Positions 39,483-49,485 of a stretch of DNA of 64,000 bases are shown here, one piece after another; within the stretch, counting starts at the first letter, position 1, and each line of letters opens with the position of its first letter. This stretch comes from Myxococcota bacterium. Lineage in GTDB: Bacteria; Myxococcota_A; SURF-8; G963663525. Both the position numbers and the translations under genes were made by a program. The stretch lies in NCBI GenBank assembly GCA_963676915.2, contig CAXXVK010000012.1, positions 66,536 to 130,535 of the forward strand, written 5' to 3'. The notes under the pieces are model-generated. The model did not search any database. It was not told the DNA's origin and worked only from the letters and a program-made list of their open reading frames with translations.

Positions 39483-40160
39483 TCAGATTTCCGCAACCTG
39501 TTCCAGTTCTTCGCGGTTCTCGATAACGATCCAGTTTTTCGTGGTTTTGACAAGTCCCGTCTTGGCAAAGCGACTCATCGTACGAATGGCGGTTTCCACC
39601 GTGGTTCCGGTAAAGTCCGCAATATCCTGTCGGCTAAGGTGAATGTCGATTTTTACCTTGTCCTGATCATCCCGACCGATTTTCTCACCGAGACGCAGGA
39701 TCAGGTTGGCGATGCGAGAATCCACCTTACCTACGGACAATTCTTTGATGTGGCGGTACAAGTCGCGAGAGCGACTGCTAACGATCCGTACCGAATTCTT
39801 GAGAATGATGGGGAACTGCTCGACAAATTTCAGCAACTGCCGACGGTCGAGAAGCAACACATTCGTAGGCTCGACGGCAACGGCGCTCGTCGGGTAGCCT
39901 TCACCGTCGAAAATCGGTTCCAGAGAAAGCGTATCTTTGGTAGCGCCGATATCGACGATCACATCCTTACCCTGCGGCGTGTGTTTGACCAATTTGACCT
40001 TTCCCGAATCCACCATGTACAGGTGCGTCGTCTTTTCGCCTTCGTGAAAGATCGTTTTCCCTTTTTTGTATTCTCGTTGGACAACATACCGATCGATGGC
40101 GGAAAGTTCTTCGGGAGACAATCCGTCGAACAATGCAAAACCTTGTAATCTGCTGCTCAT
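39483..40160 (-). CDS. Crp/Fnr-family regulator (Cys-free, DNR/HcpR-like)
   Basis: IFHEGE, SGKVKL, HTH LSRQDIADFTGTTVETAIR; no FNR cysteines. Confidence 0.93.
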   Translation of the reverse strand: MSSRLQGFALFDGLSPEELSAIDRYVVQREYKKGKTIFHEGEKTTHLYMVDSGKVKLVKHTPQGKDVIVDIGATKDTLSLEPIFDGEGYPTSAVAVEPTNVLLLDRRQLLKFVEQFPIILKNSVRIVSSRSRDLYRHIKELSVGKVDSRIANLILRLGEKIGRDDQDKVKIDIHLSRQDIADFTGTTVETAIRTMSRFAKTGLVKTTKNWIVIENREELEQVAEI

Positions 40161-40261
40161 CGTTGGTTTCCTTTCCAAATGATTTCGGGTCTTTCACCCG
40201 TTTTCTACTGTTCATAATCCATAATATCCATGGACTTTCTTATTTTATAATGGTTCCATTT

Positions 40262-40275
40262 ATGACCTTTGTCAA
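40262..40275. promoter_or_regulatory. Candidate Crp/Fnr-family box
   Basis: ATGACCTTTGTCAA (TTGAC-N4-GTCAT on the minus strand), between the divergent crp-like and gspE-like genes. Confidence 0.4.
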
Positions 40276-40488
40276 CCCAGTTTGTGATTTTTTTCGGTTT
40301 TCCAAACTTTTAGATCTCTTTTTAAACGCTATTCCTTTCCAGGCTTTCATTACTTTATTCAGAGCCAGCCATCTCAACCACGGATGCACAAACATTCGTG
40401 ATTTTTCACGTAGCGAACAATGCGCCTTGGTTTGATTATTGCTTGGAGGAGCGCTATAATGCCTTCGAAACAACCGGGAATGGCATAG

Positions 40489-42300
40489 ATGAAAAAACCA
40501 TCGCAAAATTCGGACTTTACCGTTTCGGGAATCCTCGACCTTCTCGTGGGATACGGCCATCTTCAACCGAAACAGGTGAAAAACATCCAACTCAAGCTTC
40601 CGAGCGCACACAAAAGCTTAGCAGCGGAATACGCTGGAAACCCATTGTATTCCGGAGGTCGCAGCATCCAGATTCTTCCGCCGGAGTTGATTGCCAGCCT
40701 CAAGGTACCCTCGGCCTTCAACCCGGATCAAACCATCGAAGAAGACCTGATTTACCAGCTCCTTGCACGAAAAATGGGGTTGCGGTATGTAAAAATCGAT
40801 CCATTGCAACTGGACGCCGAGATGGTGACCAACATTATTTCACGTCCTTTCGCTCGCAAGCACACTGCCATTCCGATTGAAAAGAAAAAGAACGAAATCG
40901 CCGTTGCCGTAGCGAATCCCACCGATGTCGAACTGTTCGACGAACTGCGGCGCATCTCCAACATGAAAATCGTTCCGGTTCTTTCGAGCAAAACCGATAT
41001 CAATAAGGTAATTACCGAGCTGTTCGGCTTTCGCCGCTCCGTTTCGGCGGCAGAAGAAACAGCCGATTCCAAATACGATCTCAACAACTTAGAACAACTT
41101 TTCGAAATCCAGGACATCGACGCGCTCGAAGCCAACGACAAGCATATCATCAATGCTGTAGACTATTTACTACACTATGCCTTTGACCAACGGGCCAGCG
41201 ATATTCACATCGAACCGAAGCGCGAATACGCCCGAATCCGGCTGCGCATCGACGGCGTACTGCATGACATTCACTCCGTAACGAAAGCCATTCATCCAGC
41301 CATTGCCAGCCGTATCAAGCTGATGGGTCGCCTCGACATCGCCGAGCGTCGCAGACCACAGGACGGACGCATCAAAACCGCCATCGGCGATACCGAAGTG
41401 GAATTGCGTGTTTCCACGGTTCCAACCACTTTTGGCGAAAAAGTGGTCATCCGGGTTTTCGACTCATCCTCTCTGGTTCAGGAATTGAACAATCTTGGAT
41501 TCGAGGAGGAAGCTCTCAATCGCTATCAACGCATTATTCATTCACCCACAGGACTTTTATTGGTCACCGGTCCCACCGGCTCGGGAAAAACCACGACGCT
41601 GTATTCCAGCCTGCGGGAAATCGCCAAACCGTCGGTCAATATCGTAACCATCGAAGATCCCGTGGAAATGGTACTGGACAGCTTCAACCAGATCCAGGTT
41701 CAACCCAAAATCGACCTCACATTTGCCACAGCGCTAAAATACGTGTTACGGCAAGATCCCGATATTATTATGGTTGGTGAAATCCGCGATGGCGAAACCG
41801 CCGCCAATGCCGTACAGGCAGCTCTGACCGGACATCTTGTCTTGAGCACCATGCACACCAACGATGCCGTCAGTTCGATCGATCGACTTCACGAACTCGG
41901 TGTTCGTCCATACCTCACAGCCAGCACTTTGACCGGCATCGTCGCTCAGCGCCTCGTTCGCAAGATCTGTCCTCACTGCAAACAGGAAAGTGTGCTAAAC
42001 GACGAAGAAATGGCCCGTTTGGAAATTCAACTACCGGAAGGCGCTCCAAAACTGAAAGTCTGGTTCGGAGAGGGCTGCGTCCGTTGCCGCTATACTGGCA
42101 TGTATGGCCGAATGGCAATATTCGAACTTTTCGAAGCTACCGAGAAAATCAAGCGTCTGATTAAAAACGAAGGCGATGTCAGGGAGATTCTGAAAATCGC
42201 CAAACAAGATGGCATGACTCCCTTGCGCGAATCAGCCATCCGAAAACTGGCACAAGGAATCACCACTGCCGACGAAATTTTACGAGTGCTCTCGTTTTAA
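40489..42300 (+). CDS. gspE: GspE/PilB-family secretion/pilus assembly ATPase
   Basis: ASDIHIEP, DIAERRRPQDGR, GPTGSGKTTTLY, TIEDPVE, LRQDPDIIMVGEIRD, TGHLVLSTMH, two CxxC motifs. Confidence 0.93.
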   Translation: MKKPSQNSDFTVSGILDLLVGYGHLQPKQVKNIQLKLPSAHKSLAAEYAGNPLYSGGRSIQILPPELIASLKVPSAFNPDQTIEEDLIYQLLARKMGLRYVKIDPLQLDAEMVTNIISRPFARKHTAIPIEKKKNEIAVAVANPTDVELFDELRRISNMKIVPVLSSKTDINKVITELFGFRRSVSAAEETADSKYDLNNLEQLFEIQDIDALEANDKHIINAVDYLLHYAFDQRASDIHIEPKREYARIRLRIDGVLHDIHSVTKAIHPAIASRIKLMGRLDIAERRRPQDGRIKTAIGDTEVELRVSTVPTTFGEKVVIRVFDSSSLVQELNNLGFEEEALNRYQRIIHSPTGLLLVTGPTGSGKTTTLYSSLREIAKPSVNIVTIEDPVEMVLDSFNQIQVQPKIDLTFATALKYVLRQDPDIIMVGEIRDGETAANAVQAALTGHLVLSTMHTNDAVSSIDRLHELGVRPYLTASTLTGIVAQRLVRKICPHCKQESVLNDEEMARLEIQLPEGAPKLKVWFGEGCVRCRYTGMYGRMAIFELFEATEKIKRLIKNEGDVREILKIAKQDGMTPLRESAIRKLAQGITTADEILRVLSF

Positions 42301-42461
42301 CCACAACAACGTATTGATTTTCCCGAAATTTCAACCCAATCGAATTGAATTCGACGTGTTTTTTGATGTTTTTGTCTTTTTGCGATATGTAATTCGTAGA
42401 GATTGGGGACGTCTAATATGGTAGTTGCGTTCGAGTTCGATGTCTTGGTCCGTCTGAAACG

Positions 42462-44615
42462 ATGAAAATGAAAATCTATCTCCCTTTATTCCAGTTATTT
42501 CTTTCGGTTTTTCTGATTGCCTACTGCGCAAGTTGCACGGATTCGTCCACAAACAACTCTGCCGACGAAGACTTTTTAAGTGAACAAGACGTTGATGCTC
42601 CTCAGGAAGCCGATTCGAACCCGGATATAGATGAAATTCAGGAAACAGACTTAGATTCGGATCTCGACGACTCCGACACCGAGGAAGAACTCGACCTCCC
42701 GATGTATGTCGAGCCGACCCCCGGTTTCGCGGTTCTCCCGAAAGGTAGCTATTGGATGGGCAGCCCGGAAGGAGAACCCGGCGATAGCGTGGACGCCGTC
42801 CCGCATTATGTGAACTTGACCTGGAATTTCGAAATCATGCCTTTTGAGACATCGCAACGTCAGTGGCGAGATATCGCCGAACACGAAGGCTGGCCCTCCA
42901 CCCCCAGTCATCAGGATGATTGTGGTGATTCCTGCCCCGTAGAGCAGGTCAACTGGTTTGAAGCTCTGGCTTTCGCCAATGCTCTCTCTCGTCAAGCAGG
43001 GCTTGAAGAGTGCTACAAACTGGAAAATTGCCTGGGAACAATTGGAGAAGGCTGCACCGACGGAACAAGTGATTGTTTCGGCGACTTTTCATGTGAAGTC
43101 TCTCTAAACGGCGTTGAATCTCCCTATCTATGTGCCGGATATCGGCTACCCACCGAATCGGAATGGGAGTTTGCGGCACGAGCCGGAAGCGATACGACAT
43201 TTTATAATGGAGGCATCACCGTTACCGATGCCTACGCCTGTACGCCGGAAGATCCGAATCTGACCGAAATTGCCTGGTATTGCGCCAACGCCAATGGAAA
43301 GGTCAAGCCTTCAGGGCTAAAACTTCCCAATGCCTGGGGACTGTACGATACCCTGGGCAATGTTTGGGAATGGACCTGGGACTGGTACACCTTTGTGTAT
43401 CCAGCCGGGGACGAAAACGACCCGGCTGTCAATCCTGTCGGTCCCTCCCAAAGCCCACGAGACAGCCGTGTCTATCGCGGCGGCACGTACTCCGATGACG
43501 CCTTGCACTTGCGCGTAGCCAAACGCGATTATCTGCCCCCTAAAACCCGTAGCGCACGCTTGGGCTTTCGTATCGTCCGCTCGTTGGGAGTTGGCGATGT
43601 GGATCTGATCATCCCGGAACATGAAACGGAATACGAAGGTGATCAAGATACCTTGGACATCTACGAAGACGACTACGATGAGGATGTATTCGAAGCCGTG
43701 GAAGACTGGGAACGACCGGAAACGGGACTTGGCATCCCCTGGCTCTGGTGCCCGGACGAGTCATGGGCGATCGATGGCAATGGAACGGGGCAACTGACAA
43801 TTTCCGATTCAGCATTGTATTGCGGAACATTCAATGAAATGCGTAGCTTGCAAGATGAAATAGAAGCCAAATCCCAACTTTCATTCGCTCCAGGAAGCTA
43901 TGCTCTACCCACCGAAAACGGTACTTTCTCGTATCTGCTACCATTCTGCTTGAAATTCACCGAGGATGGCACTCAACCGACGATCCATGAGCCTGGAAGT
44001 CTGCAAACCTCGCATGATGAACAATATTACCGGTACTTCTTCCAGCAACCACTGGTTGCCGAAAACGGGGACGAATGGTCTCTAAGCCTCGAACTTTCAG
44101 CCCCCCACAACGACGCGCAGCCATATCTGACACTCGACGGAAGCTACTGCGGACTCGATTGCTCGTTTTCTTCTCGGATGACTCTTTGCCGAGGGGACTG
44201 CATCGGCGCCAATGACCGGCGGACTTTCGATTCCTGCCATTTAGACACCCTCGACCCGGAAACCCATTACATCACGTTCGATGGTGGCTGGACACGTCTC
44301 GAAGTTCGCATCGGATACAGTCTCGCCAGTACCGAACCGGGGCTGTTCTCCCATGCCGAAGGTCATCTGGATGGCCAGGACTTCGAGCAAAACAATTACT
44401 GGAAACTGATCTACAACCCGGAACATCATCATTTTGTTAGAGATTTCCAGGTTTTGTTCGATACTCCTATAGGAGAGGTCTGTGGTTTGAAAGCCCAAAA
44501 TCTTGACATTTTCCTGCAAGATCCATTCGGTCGCGTGACCACGACGGATTGTGCTAACGAAGAAATGGAAGAACGTACTATTTATTCCGAACAGTTAGAA
44601 GGCAACGAGAAGTGA
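42462..44615 (+). CDS. Lipoprotein with formylglycine-generating-enzyme (SUMF1) family domain and unknown C-terminal domain
   Basis: Signal with CASC; acidic linker; YWMGSP, CPVEQVNWFEA, YRLPTESEWEFAARAG, NAWGLYDTLGNVWEW, LGFRIVR. Confidence 0.87.
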   Translation: MKMKIYLPLFQLFLSVFLIAYCASCTDSSTNNSADEDFLSEQDVDAPQEADSNPDIDEIQETDLDSDLDDSDTEEELDLPMYVEPTPGFAVLPKGSYWMGSPEGEPGDSVDAVPHYVNLTWNFEIMPFETSQRQWRDIAEHEGWPSTPSHQDDCGDSCPVEQVNWFEALAFANALSRQAGLEECYKLENCLGTIGEGCTDGTSDCFGDFSCEVSLNGVESPYLCAGYRLPTESEWEFAARAGSDTTFYNGGITVTDAYACTPEDPNLTEIAWYCANANGKVKPSGLKLPNAWGLYDTLGNVWEWTWDWYTFVYPAGDENDPAVNPVGPSQSPRDSRVYRGGTYSDDALHLRVAKRDYLPPKTRSARLGFRIVRSLGVGDVDLIIPEHETEYEGDQDTLDIYEDDYDEDVFEAVEDWERPETGLGIPWLWCPDESWAIDGNGTGQLTISDSALYCGTFNEMRSLQDEIEAKSQLSFAPGSYALPTENGTFSYLLPFCLKFTEDGTQPTIHEPGSLQTSHDEQYYRYFFQQPLVAENGDEWSLSLELSAPHNDAQPYLTLDGSYCGLDCSFSSRMTLCRGDCIGANDRRTFDSCHLDTLDPETHYITFDGGWTRLEVRIGYSLASTEPGLFSHAEGHLDGQDFEQNNYWKLIYNPEHHHFVRDFQVLFDTPIGEVCGLKAQNLDIFLQDPFGRVTTTDCANEEMEERTIYSEQLEGNEK

Positions 44616-45475
44616 AACCGCAACATGACATCCTGCTGATTCTCTGGTTCCTGCTCTACAGCTGCGTTCTGGTACCTGCCTGCAATTCGGACGGCAACTC
44701 CGAATCCAACCCTCTTGCCGATTTCGATCAAGAAACCGAAGATACGGATTTCGATACGATTGAGGCAGACCTCGATAACGACACTTTTGACGAATCTCCT
44801 CCTGGAGATGAAGATCCTGACGAAGAAAGCGACACCATCGAATTCGAAGACGAAGCAGATGACATCGAGGAAGACACTTTCGAAGAAGATGAGACGGAAT
44901 GCTGCGAAGAAGAGGAATCCGTTGATGCTGAAGAGTACCAAATTACCGGAATCTGTGAGGATTTGACCAGTCCCGACAATTTGGTGGTATGCCTGGAGCA
45001 AATCGCAAGTCAGGAAGACTGGGAATCCCTTACGCTGGAGATCCAAGAAGGAACCCAGGTTCGAGGAACAAAATACTTTCTCCCCGCCTTGGATGACGCC
45101 CGATTGCCTCCGCTGGTAATGAACGTCAATGCCATCCTCTGGCACTATGAAATGCTCTCCGATGTTTTCGCACAGCTCTTTCCCGATTTGATGCTCGAAG
45201 ATTACAACACCTTGGTTTATGCAGGAGATGAGCGAGAATTCCTGGTCGGATCGCTCACCGAACATCGAACCACGGATTTGCAAACCCATTACGTATTCAC
45301 GGTATGGGACGATCCTTCCCGTTCGGATTGGGTACTTACCTGTGACCAGTTGCAAGACGCCTATGCTTCATTGAAAGCCTTGTTTGCTCTGGGACCGGTA
45401 GAATTTCAAAGCTACACCCCCTACCAAGCTACAATGCTGCTTGAATGCCCCGGAATACCAATCTTCGTTCCTTAA
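44612..45475 (+). CDS. Hypothetical lipoprotein with acidic linker
   Basis: GTGA overlap with the upstream stop; lipobox VPAC; D/E-rich stretch. Confidence 0.7.
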   Translation: MKPQHDILLILWFLLYSCVLVPACNSDGNSESNPLADFDQETEDTDFDTIEADLDNDTFDESPPGDEDPDEESDTIEFEDEADDIEEDTFEEDETECCEEEESVDAEEYQITGICEDLTSPDNLVVCLEQIASQEDWESLTLEIQEGTQVRGTKYFLPALDDARLPPLVMNVNAILWHYEMLSDVFAQLFPDLMLEDYNTLVYAGDEREFLVGSLTEHRTTDLQTHYVFTVWDDPSRSDWVLTCDQLQDAYASLKALFALGPVEFQSYTPYQATMLLECPGIPIFVP

Positions 45476-45540
45476 ATGTACCCTTTTTTCCCAACCGTTA
45501 CTTCCCCCACGAATCTTCTTCGTAAGAAAACCTGGTTCCT

Positions 45541-46746
45541 ATGTCATCGCATCCTGAACACGTTTCCTCATTCGCCCGAAAGCGATTGCTGGCTTTTTTG
45601 GGTTTCCTGTCCTCTTTCGTGGCCTTGTCCACGGATCTTTACCTTCCGGCACTCCCCGGAATGGCGGAAGCGTTTCAAGCTCCGATTTCACAAATCAATC
45701 TCACCCTTACGTTATTTTTCGTGTTTTTCGGTATCGGAACACTGTTCTGGGGACCGCTATCGGATAAATACGGACGACGCCCCATCTTACTGGCAGGTTT
45801 GGTTATTTACACCTTGTCCAGCATGTTGTGCGCCATCACCAGACATATCGAAGTCCTGATTGCCTGCCGCAGCCTTCAAGCCTTTGGAGGAGCGGCGGCT
45901 CCAGCCATCGCCATGGCAATCATCAAAGATGTTTACGAAAGACGTGAGCGGGAAAAGGCACTGACCTGGGTCCAGACTCTTTTCGTTCTGGCCCCCATCT
46001 TCGCCCCTATGCTCGGTGCCGCCCTGCTCGGCTTTACGAGTTGGAGAGGTGTATTCTGGGTTTTATCCGCGCTAGGTGGCCTTGGAATTCTCGGTGGAGC
46101 GCTGATGCATGAAACCGGGACGAAAAACCGGGAGATTTCACTACCAAAAACCTGGCAGCGCCTGGGCGTTCTTATGAAATCTCGGGGATTTACCCGCCTT
46201 CTTCTCATTTTCACTCCCCTGCCCTTGCCGATGATGGCCTACATCGCCAGCTCGTCGTTCATTTATCAAGAACAATTCGGATTGAACGAGCAGGATTTCA
46301 GCTTCTTTTTCGCCCTCAACGCACTGATTTCCCTGTCTGGTCCGTGGCTGTACCTCACCTTGTCGAAAACGATCGACAAACAGCGTTTGATCACCGCCGG
46401 TTTGGCAGTCATCATCGTAGGAGGAGTGCTGCTGTGCCTTTTCGGAAGTGCAGCGCCCTGGGTGTTTCTCATCTGCCTTCTTCCCGGCACGACGAGTATT
46501 GCTTTTTTACGTCCTCCCAGTGTAAGCCTGATGCTGGCAGCACATGAGGGAGACACCGGCTCCGTATCGTCGTTGATCGGTTTTTCCGGCACAATCGGCG
46601 GAAGTTTCGGAATATTCCTGATTTCGTGGAACTGGGAAAATTTCGTTACGGCCTTAGGTTTGCTGTACTTGGTTACGGGGCTATTTTGCCTGACATTCTG
46701 GTGGCTTCATTCCGGTTCGCGAAATGTCAAGTCGTCTCAATCGTGA
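45541..46746 (+). CDS. Bcr/CflA-family MFS efflux transporter
   Basis: STDLYLPALP, GPLSDKYGRRP, RSLQAFGG, APMLGA..WRGVF; about 12 TM. Confidence 0.93.
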   Translation: MSSHPEHVSSFARKRLLAFLGFLSSFVALSTDLYLPALPGMAEAFQAPISQINLTLTLFFVFFGIGTLFWGPLSDKYGRRPILLAGLVIYTLSSMLCAITRHIEVLIACRSLQAFGGAAAPAIAMAIIKDVYERREREKALTWVQTLFVLAPIFAPMLGAALLGFTSWRGVFWVLSALGGLGILGGALMHETGTKNREISLPKTWQRLGVLMKSRGFTRLLLIFTPLPLPMMAYIASSSFIYQEQFGLNEQDFSFFFALNALISLSGPWLYLTLSKTIDKQRLITAGLAVIIVGGVLLCLFGSAAPWVFLICLLPGTTSIAFLRPPSVSLMLAAHEGDTGSVSSLIGFSGTIGGSFGIFLISWNWENFVTALGLLYLVTGLFCLTFWWLHSGSRNVKSSQS

Positions 46747-46766
46747 TCGACACCAGAAACAAGCAG

Positions 46767-47639
46767 CTAATTGTTTCGAAGCTTTTTCAAGATCGGTTTT
46801 TCCGAGTCGAACACGATTTTCACACCGTCCCCAAGTGCCTTTTCCACGATGCGAATATCCCGCACCAGCCGGAACAATCCCTGCGGCTCGACACTCGCCG
46901 CGTGGTCGGTGCCCCACATGGCGCGATCGAGAGTGATGTGACGCTCTACAACGGTAGCCCCCAAAACCGCTGCCGCTAAGGTCGTCTGCAAACCAACTTC
47001 ATGCCCGGAATATCCAATGGGAATGTCGGGATACTGGCGCTTCAGACTTTGAACGCAGGAAAGGTTCAGTTCTTCCGGCGGACAGGGGTAGGTACTGGTC
47101 GTGTGCAGCAAGATCAGGTTGTCTTTCCCAAGCACTTCGATAGCATGCCCGATCTGGTCGGTGGTGCTCATGCCGGTGGAAAGAATCAACGGCTTCCCGA
47201 GATTCTTGAGTTTGAGCAACAACTCGTCGTCGGTCAGCATGGCCGAAGCGATTTTGTGGCAGGGGACGTCCAGTTCTTCGAGAAAATCCACCGACGGTTC
47301 ATCCCAGGGAGAAGCGAACCAGTGGATGCCTTTTTCTTTGCAATAGGCATCGATTTCGAGATATTGCTCGCGCTCGAACTCGATTTTTTTCTTGTAATCC
47401 AGGTAGGTTATCAGTCCCCACGGTGTTTCTCTAAGGATGCTCTTCTGATGCTCCGGCACGCAGAGATCCGGGGTGCGCTTCTGGAATTTCACCGCGTCGC
47501 AACCTGCGAATACGGCCGCGTCGATCAGACGTTTCGCGATCCCCACGTCGCCATTGTGGTTGATGCCGATTTCGGCAATGATATAGACGGGATGCCCGTC
47601 TCCGATGGGACGATCTTTGATTTTCACGGTGGCCGTCAT
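46767..47639 (-). CDS. neuB: N-acetylneuraminate/nonulosonate synthase family (short form, no SAF domain)
   Basis: IIAEIGINHNG, AVKFQKR, ILSTGMS, GYSGHE, VERHITLDR; 290 aa. Confidence 0.93.
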   Translation of the reverse strand: MTATVKIKDRPIGDGHPVYIIAEIGINHNGDVGIAKRLIDAAVFAGCDAVKFQKRTPDLCVPEHQKSILRETPWGLITYLDYKKKIEFEREQYLEIDAYCKEKGIHWFASPWDEPSVDFLEELDVPCHKIASAMLTDDELLLKLKNLGKPLILSTGMSTTDQIGHAIEVLGKDNLILLHTTSTYPCPPEELNLSCVQSLKRQYPDIPIGYSGHEVGLQTTLAAAVLGATVVERHITLDRAMWGTDHAASVEPQGLFRLVRDIRIVEKALGDGVKIVFDSEKPILKKLRNN

Positions 47640-47692
47640 ATCGTTTGATCCTTTGCTAAATAATTATAATCACTGGCATAAACTACTCAGAG

Positions 47693-48718
47693 TCACCCGC
47701 CGAAGTCGTGAAATAGTGCCAACGAAAGCATCCGGTCGTCCACATAGAAATCGGCGGCCGGTTTGCCGAACTTCAATTCGTGATATTTCACGCCCCAACG
47801 CTCCATCTGCGCTCGGGTCGTTTCGCTCCAATCAACGCCTGTCATCGTTCCACGCGCCGTGAACAGCACGATCCGGTGGCCGCGCTCGTACAGGCGATTG
47901 ACCGCCCGTACCCCTTCCGGCAACGGTTCGGCCTTGCCGTATTCGAGACCGGAGACCGTTTGCGCCACCACACCATCGATATCGATGCAAAACGTTCGTT
48001 TTTCGACCGTAGCGTCCGATTCCATCGCAAGCCAAAGATCGGCAGCGCGGAATTGCTCTTCGGTATCGATATCGACCTGTTTTTCCATCACGTATCCCAC
48101 GATGTTCGGACCGGTCATTGAATTCTTTTCCAAAACCGTCCGCGAACGAAGCACGTCGATGGAGCCATTGTGTAAATAGGTTTGAGGAAGAGCCTGGCGA
48201 GGAGCGTTGTAAGCCTCCGGCACATCGCAGGTCGCTGCAGGTCGAAGCAGTCCATGTTCTCCCATCGTCCACATTTTGTAAGGCGTTTCGGGAGCTTTTA
48301 CCAGGGAACGGACGGAATCCGCTTCCGGGTTTTCCTTTAACAAACGGATCATAGCCGATAGGTCATCCAAACGACGATAAGGACATGTCGGGCGCAAATG
48401 CACAAGAATTTCGGGAACTTCGCCCTCATTATCTTTCAACCACATGAGGGCGTGCCGGAAAACTTCCAGGTCGGTAGAAAAATCCTCGGCAAATTCATCT
48501 GGGCGAAGAAATGGTGTTTCCGCACTGTATTTTCGCGCGATTTCGGCGTAGGATTCGCTGTCTGTGCTGACAATCGCCCGCTCGATCTCGGGACATTCGA
48601 GGGCGTGCCGGATCGACCAGGCCATCAACGGCATCCCCGCGATGGGTCGAATATTTTTATCCACCACCGATTTCGACCCCGAACGAGCGGGAATCAATGC
48701 GAAAACTTTTTCCGTCAT
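47693..48718 (-). CDS. neuA: Acylneuraminate cytidylyltransferase fused to a HAD-type phosphatase
   Basis: IPARSGSKSVVDKNI, VSTDS, HLRPTCP, VDIDT; C-terminal CIDIDGV, FTARG, FGKPAADFYVDDR. Confidence 0.9.
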   Translation of the reverse strand: MTEKVFALIPARSGSKSVVDKNIRPIAGMPLMAWSIRHALECPEIERAIVSTDSESYAEIARKYSAETPFLRPDEFAEDFSTDLEVFRHALMWLKDNEGEVPEILVHLRPTCPYRRLDDLSAMIRLLKENPEADSVRSLVKAPETPYKMWTMGEHGLLRPAATCDVPEAYNAPRQALPQTYLHNGSIDVLRSRTVLEKNSMTGPNIVGYVMEKQVDIDTEEQFRAADLWLAMESDATVEKRTFCIDIDGVVAQTVSGLEYGKAEPLPEGVRAVNRLYERGHRIVLFTARGTMTGVDWSETTRAQMERWGVKYHELKFGKPAADFYVDDRMLSLALFHDFGG

Positions 48719-48963
48719 AGTGAACGCTTCCGTTTCAATCAACCTACGCGCGGGATTCGCGCACGACTCTTCACGAAAGGGCACGAGTCCGACAACACCG
48801 CTTGAAAATGAATCTGTTCTCTATTCACAGGGTACTCGACGAACCACCGAAATGCAACGTTTCCGGGTGTATTCGCAGGGATTTAGACACATCCAACGAA
48901 TTTTATGGAAGAAAACTTGGATAGTTTTTTCAGAGCGATACAAACAATCCGGTACGAAAACGA

Positions 48964-49335
48964 TCAGGACTTCGAAGCTGCCGCACGATTTCCACTGGAA
49001 GATTTGGACGAGCTTTTTGACGAAGAGCTGTCTTTTTTCTCGCTTTTCTCACTTTTAGATGTGGTTTCGGTCTTTTTGTCGTTTCCGTTGCTCTTGCCAT
49101 TTCCATCGCTTTTAGAAGGGGACAGTGTGGAAGAGTCAGGCAAAGGTTTTCCTTTGTCACGAAAATCAGTGACATACCAGCCGGTACCGGTCAATTTGAA
49201 CGAAGAATGGGAAATCAATTTGTGCATGGAATGTTTTGCACCACAGGAGCATTCCTCGGGGGCTGGATCATCGAATTTCTGCATAACTTCGGTGATTTGT
49301 CCGCATTGATCGCACTGATATTCGTAGATCGGCAT
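48964..49335 (-). CDS. FmdB-family zinc-ribbon protein
   Basis: MPIYEYQCDQCG..CSCG..SSFKLTGTGWYVTDF plus Ser/Lys tail. Confidence 0.9.
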   Translation of the reverse strand: MPIYEYQCDQCGQITEVMQKFDDPAPEECSCGAKHSMHKLISHSSFKLTGTGWYVTDFRDKGKPLPDSSTLSPSKSDGNGKSNGNDKKTETTSKSEKSEKKDSSSSKSSSKSSSGNRAAASKS

Positions 49336-49485
49336 ATCTCTACCTCGTCGGTTGCCTTCGCACTCCGTTTTCCGCGCTGTAATATAATATCAACCCGCTC
49401 GGACGCAAGTCTTCTAGCGTTTTTTCTCGTGACTCGTTTCACGAAAGCTTCCGATTTTGCACAAACTATTCGGTTGTGGCGTGTT

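Noticed and set aside
42462-44615. Diversity-generating retroelement target (FGE/CLec fold)
   Set aside because: No reverse transcriptase or template repeat was seen in the window, and the FGE domain is internal rather than C-terminal.
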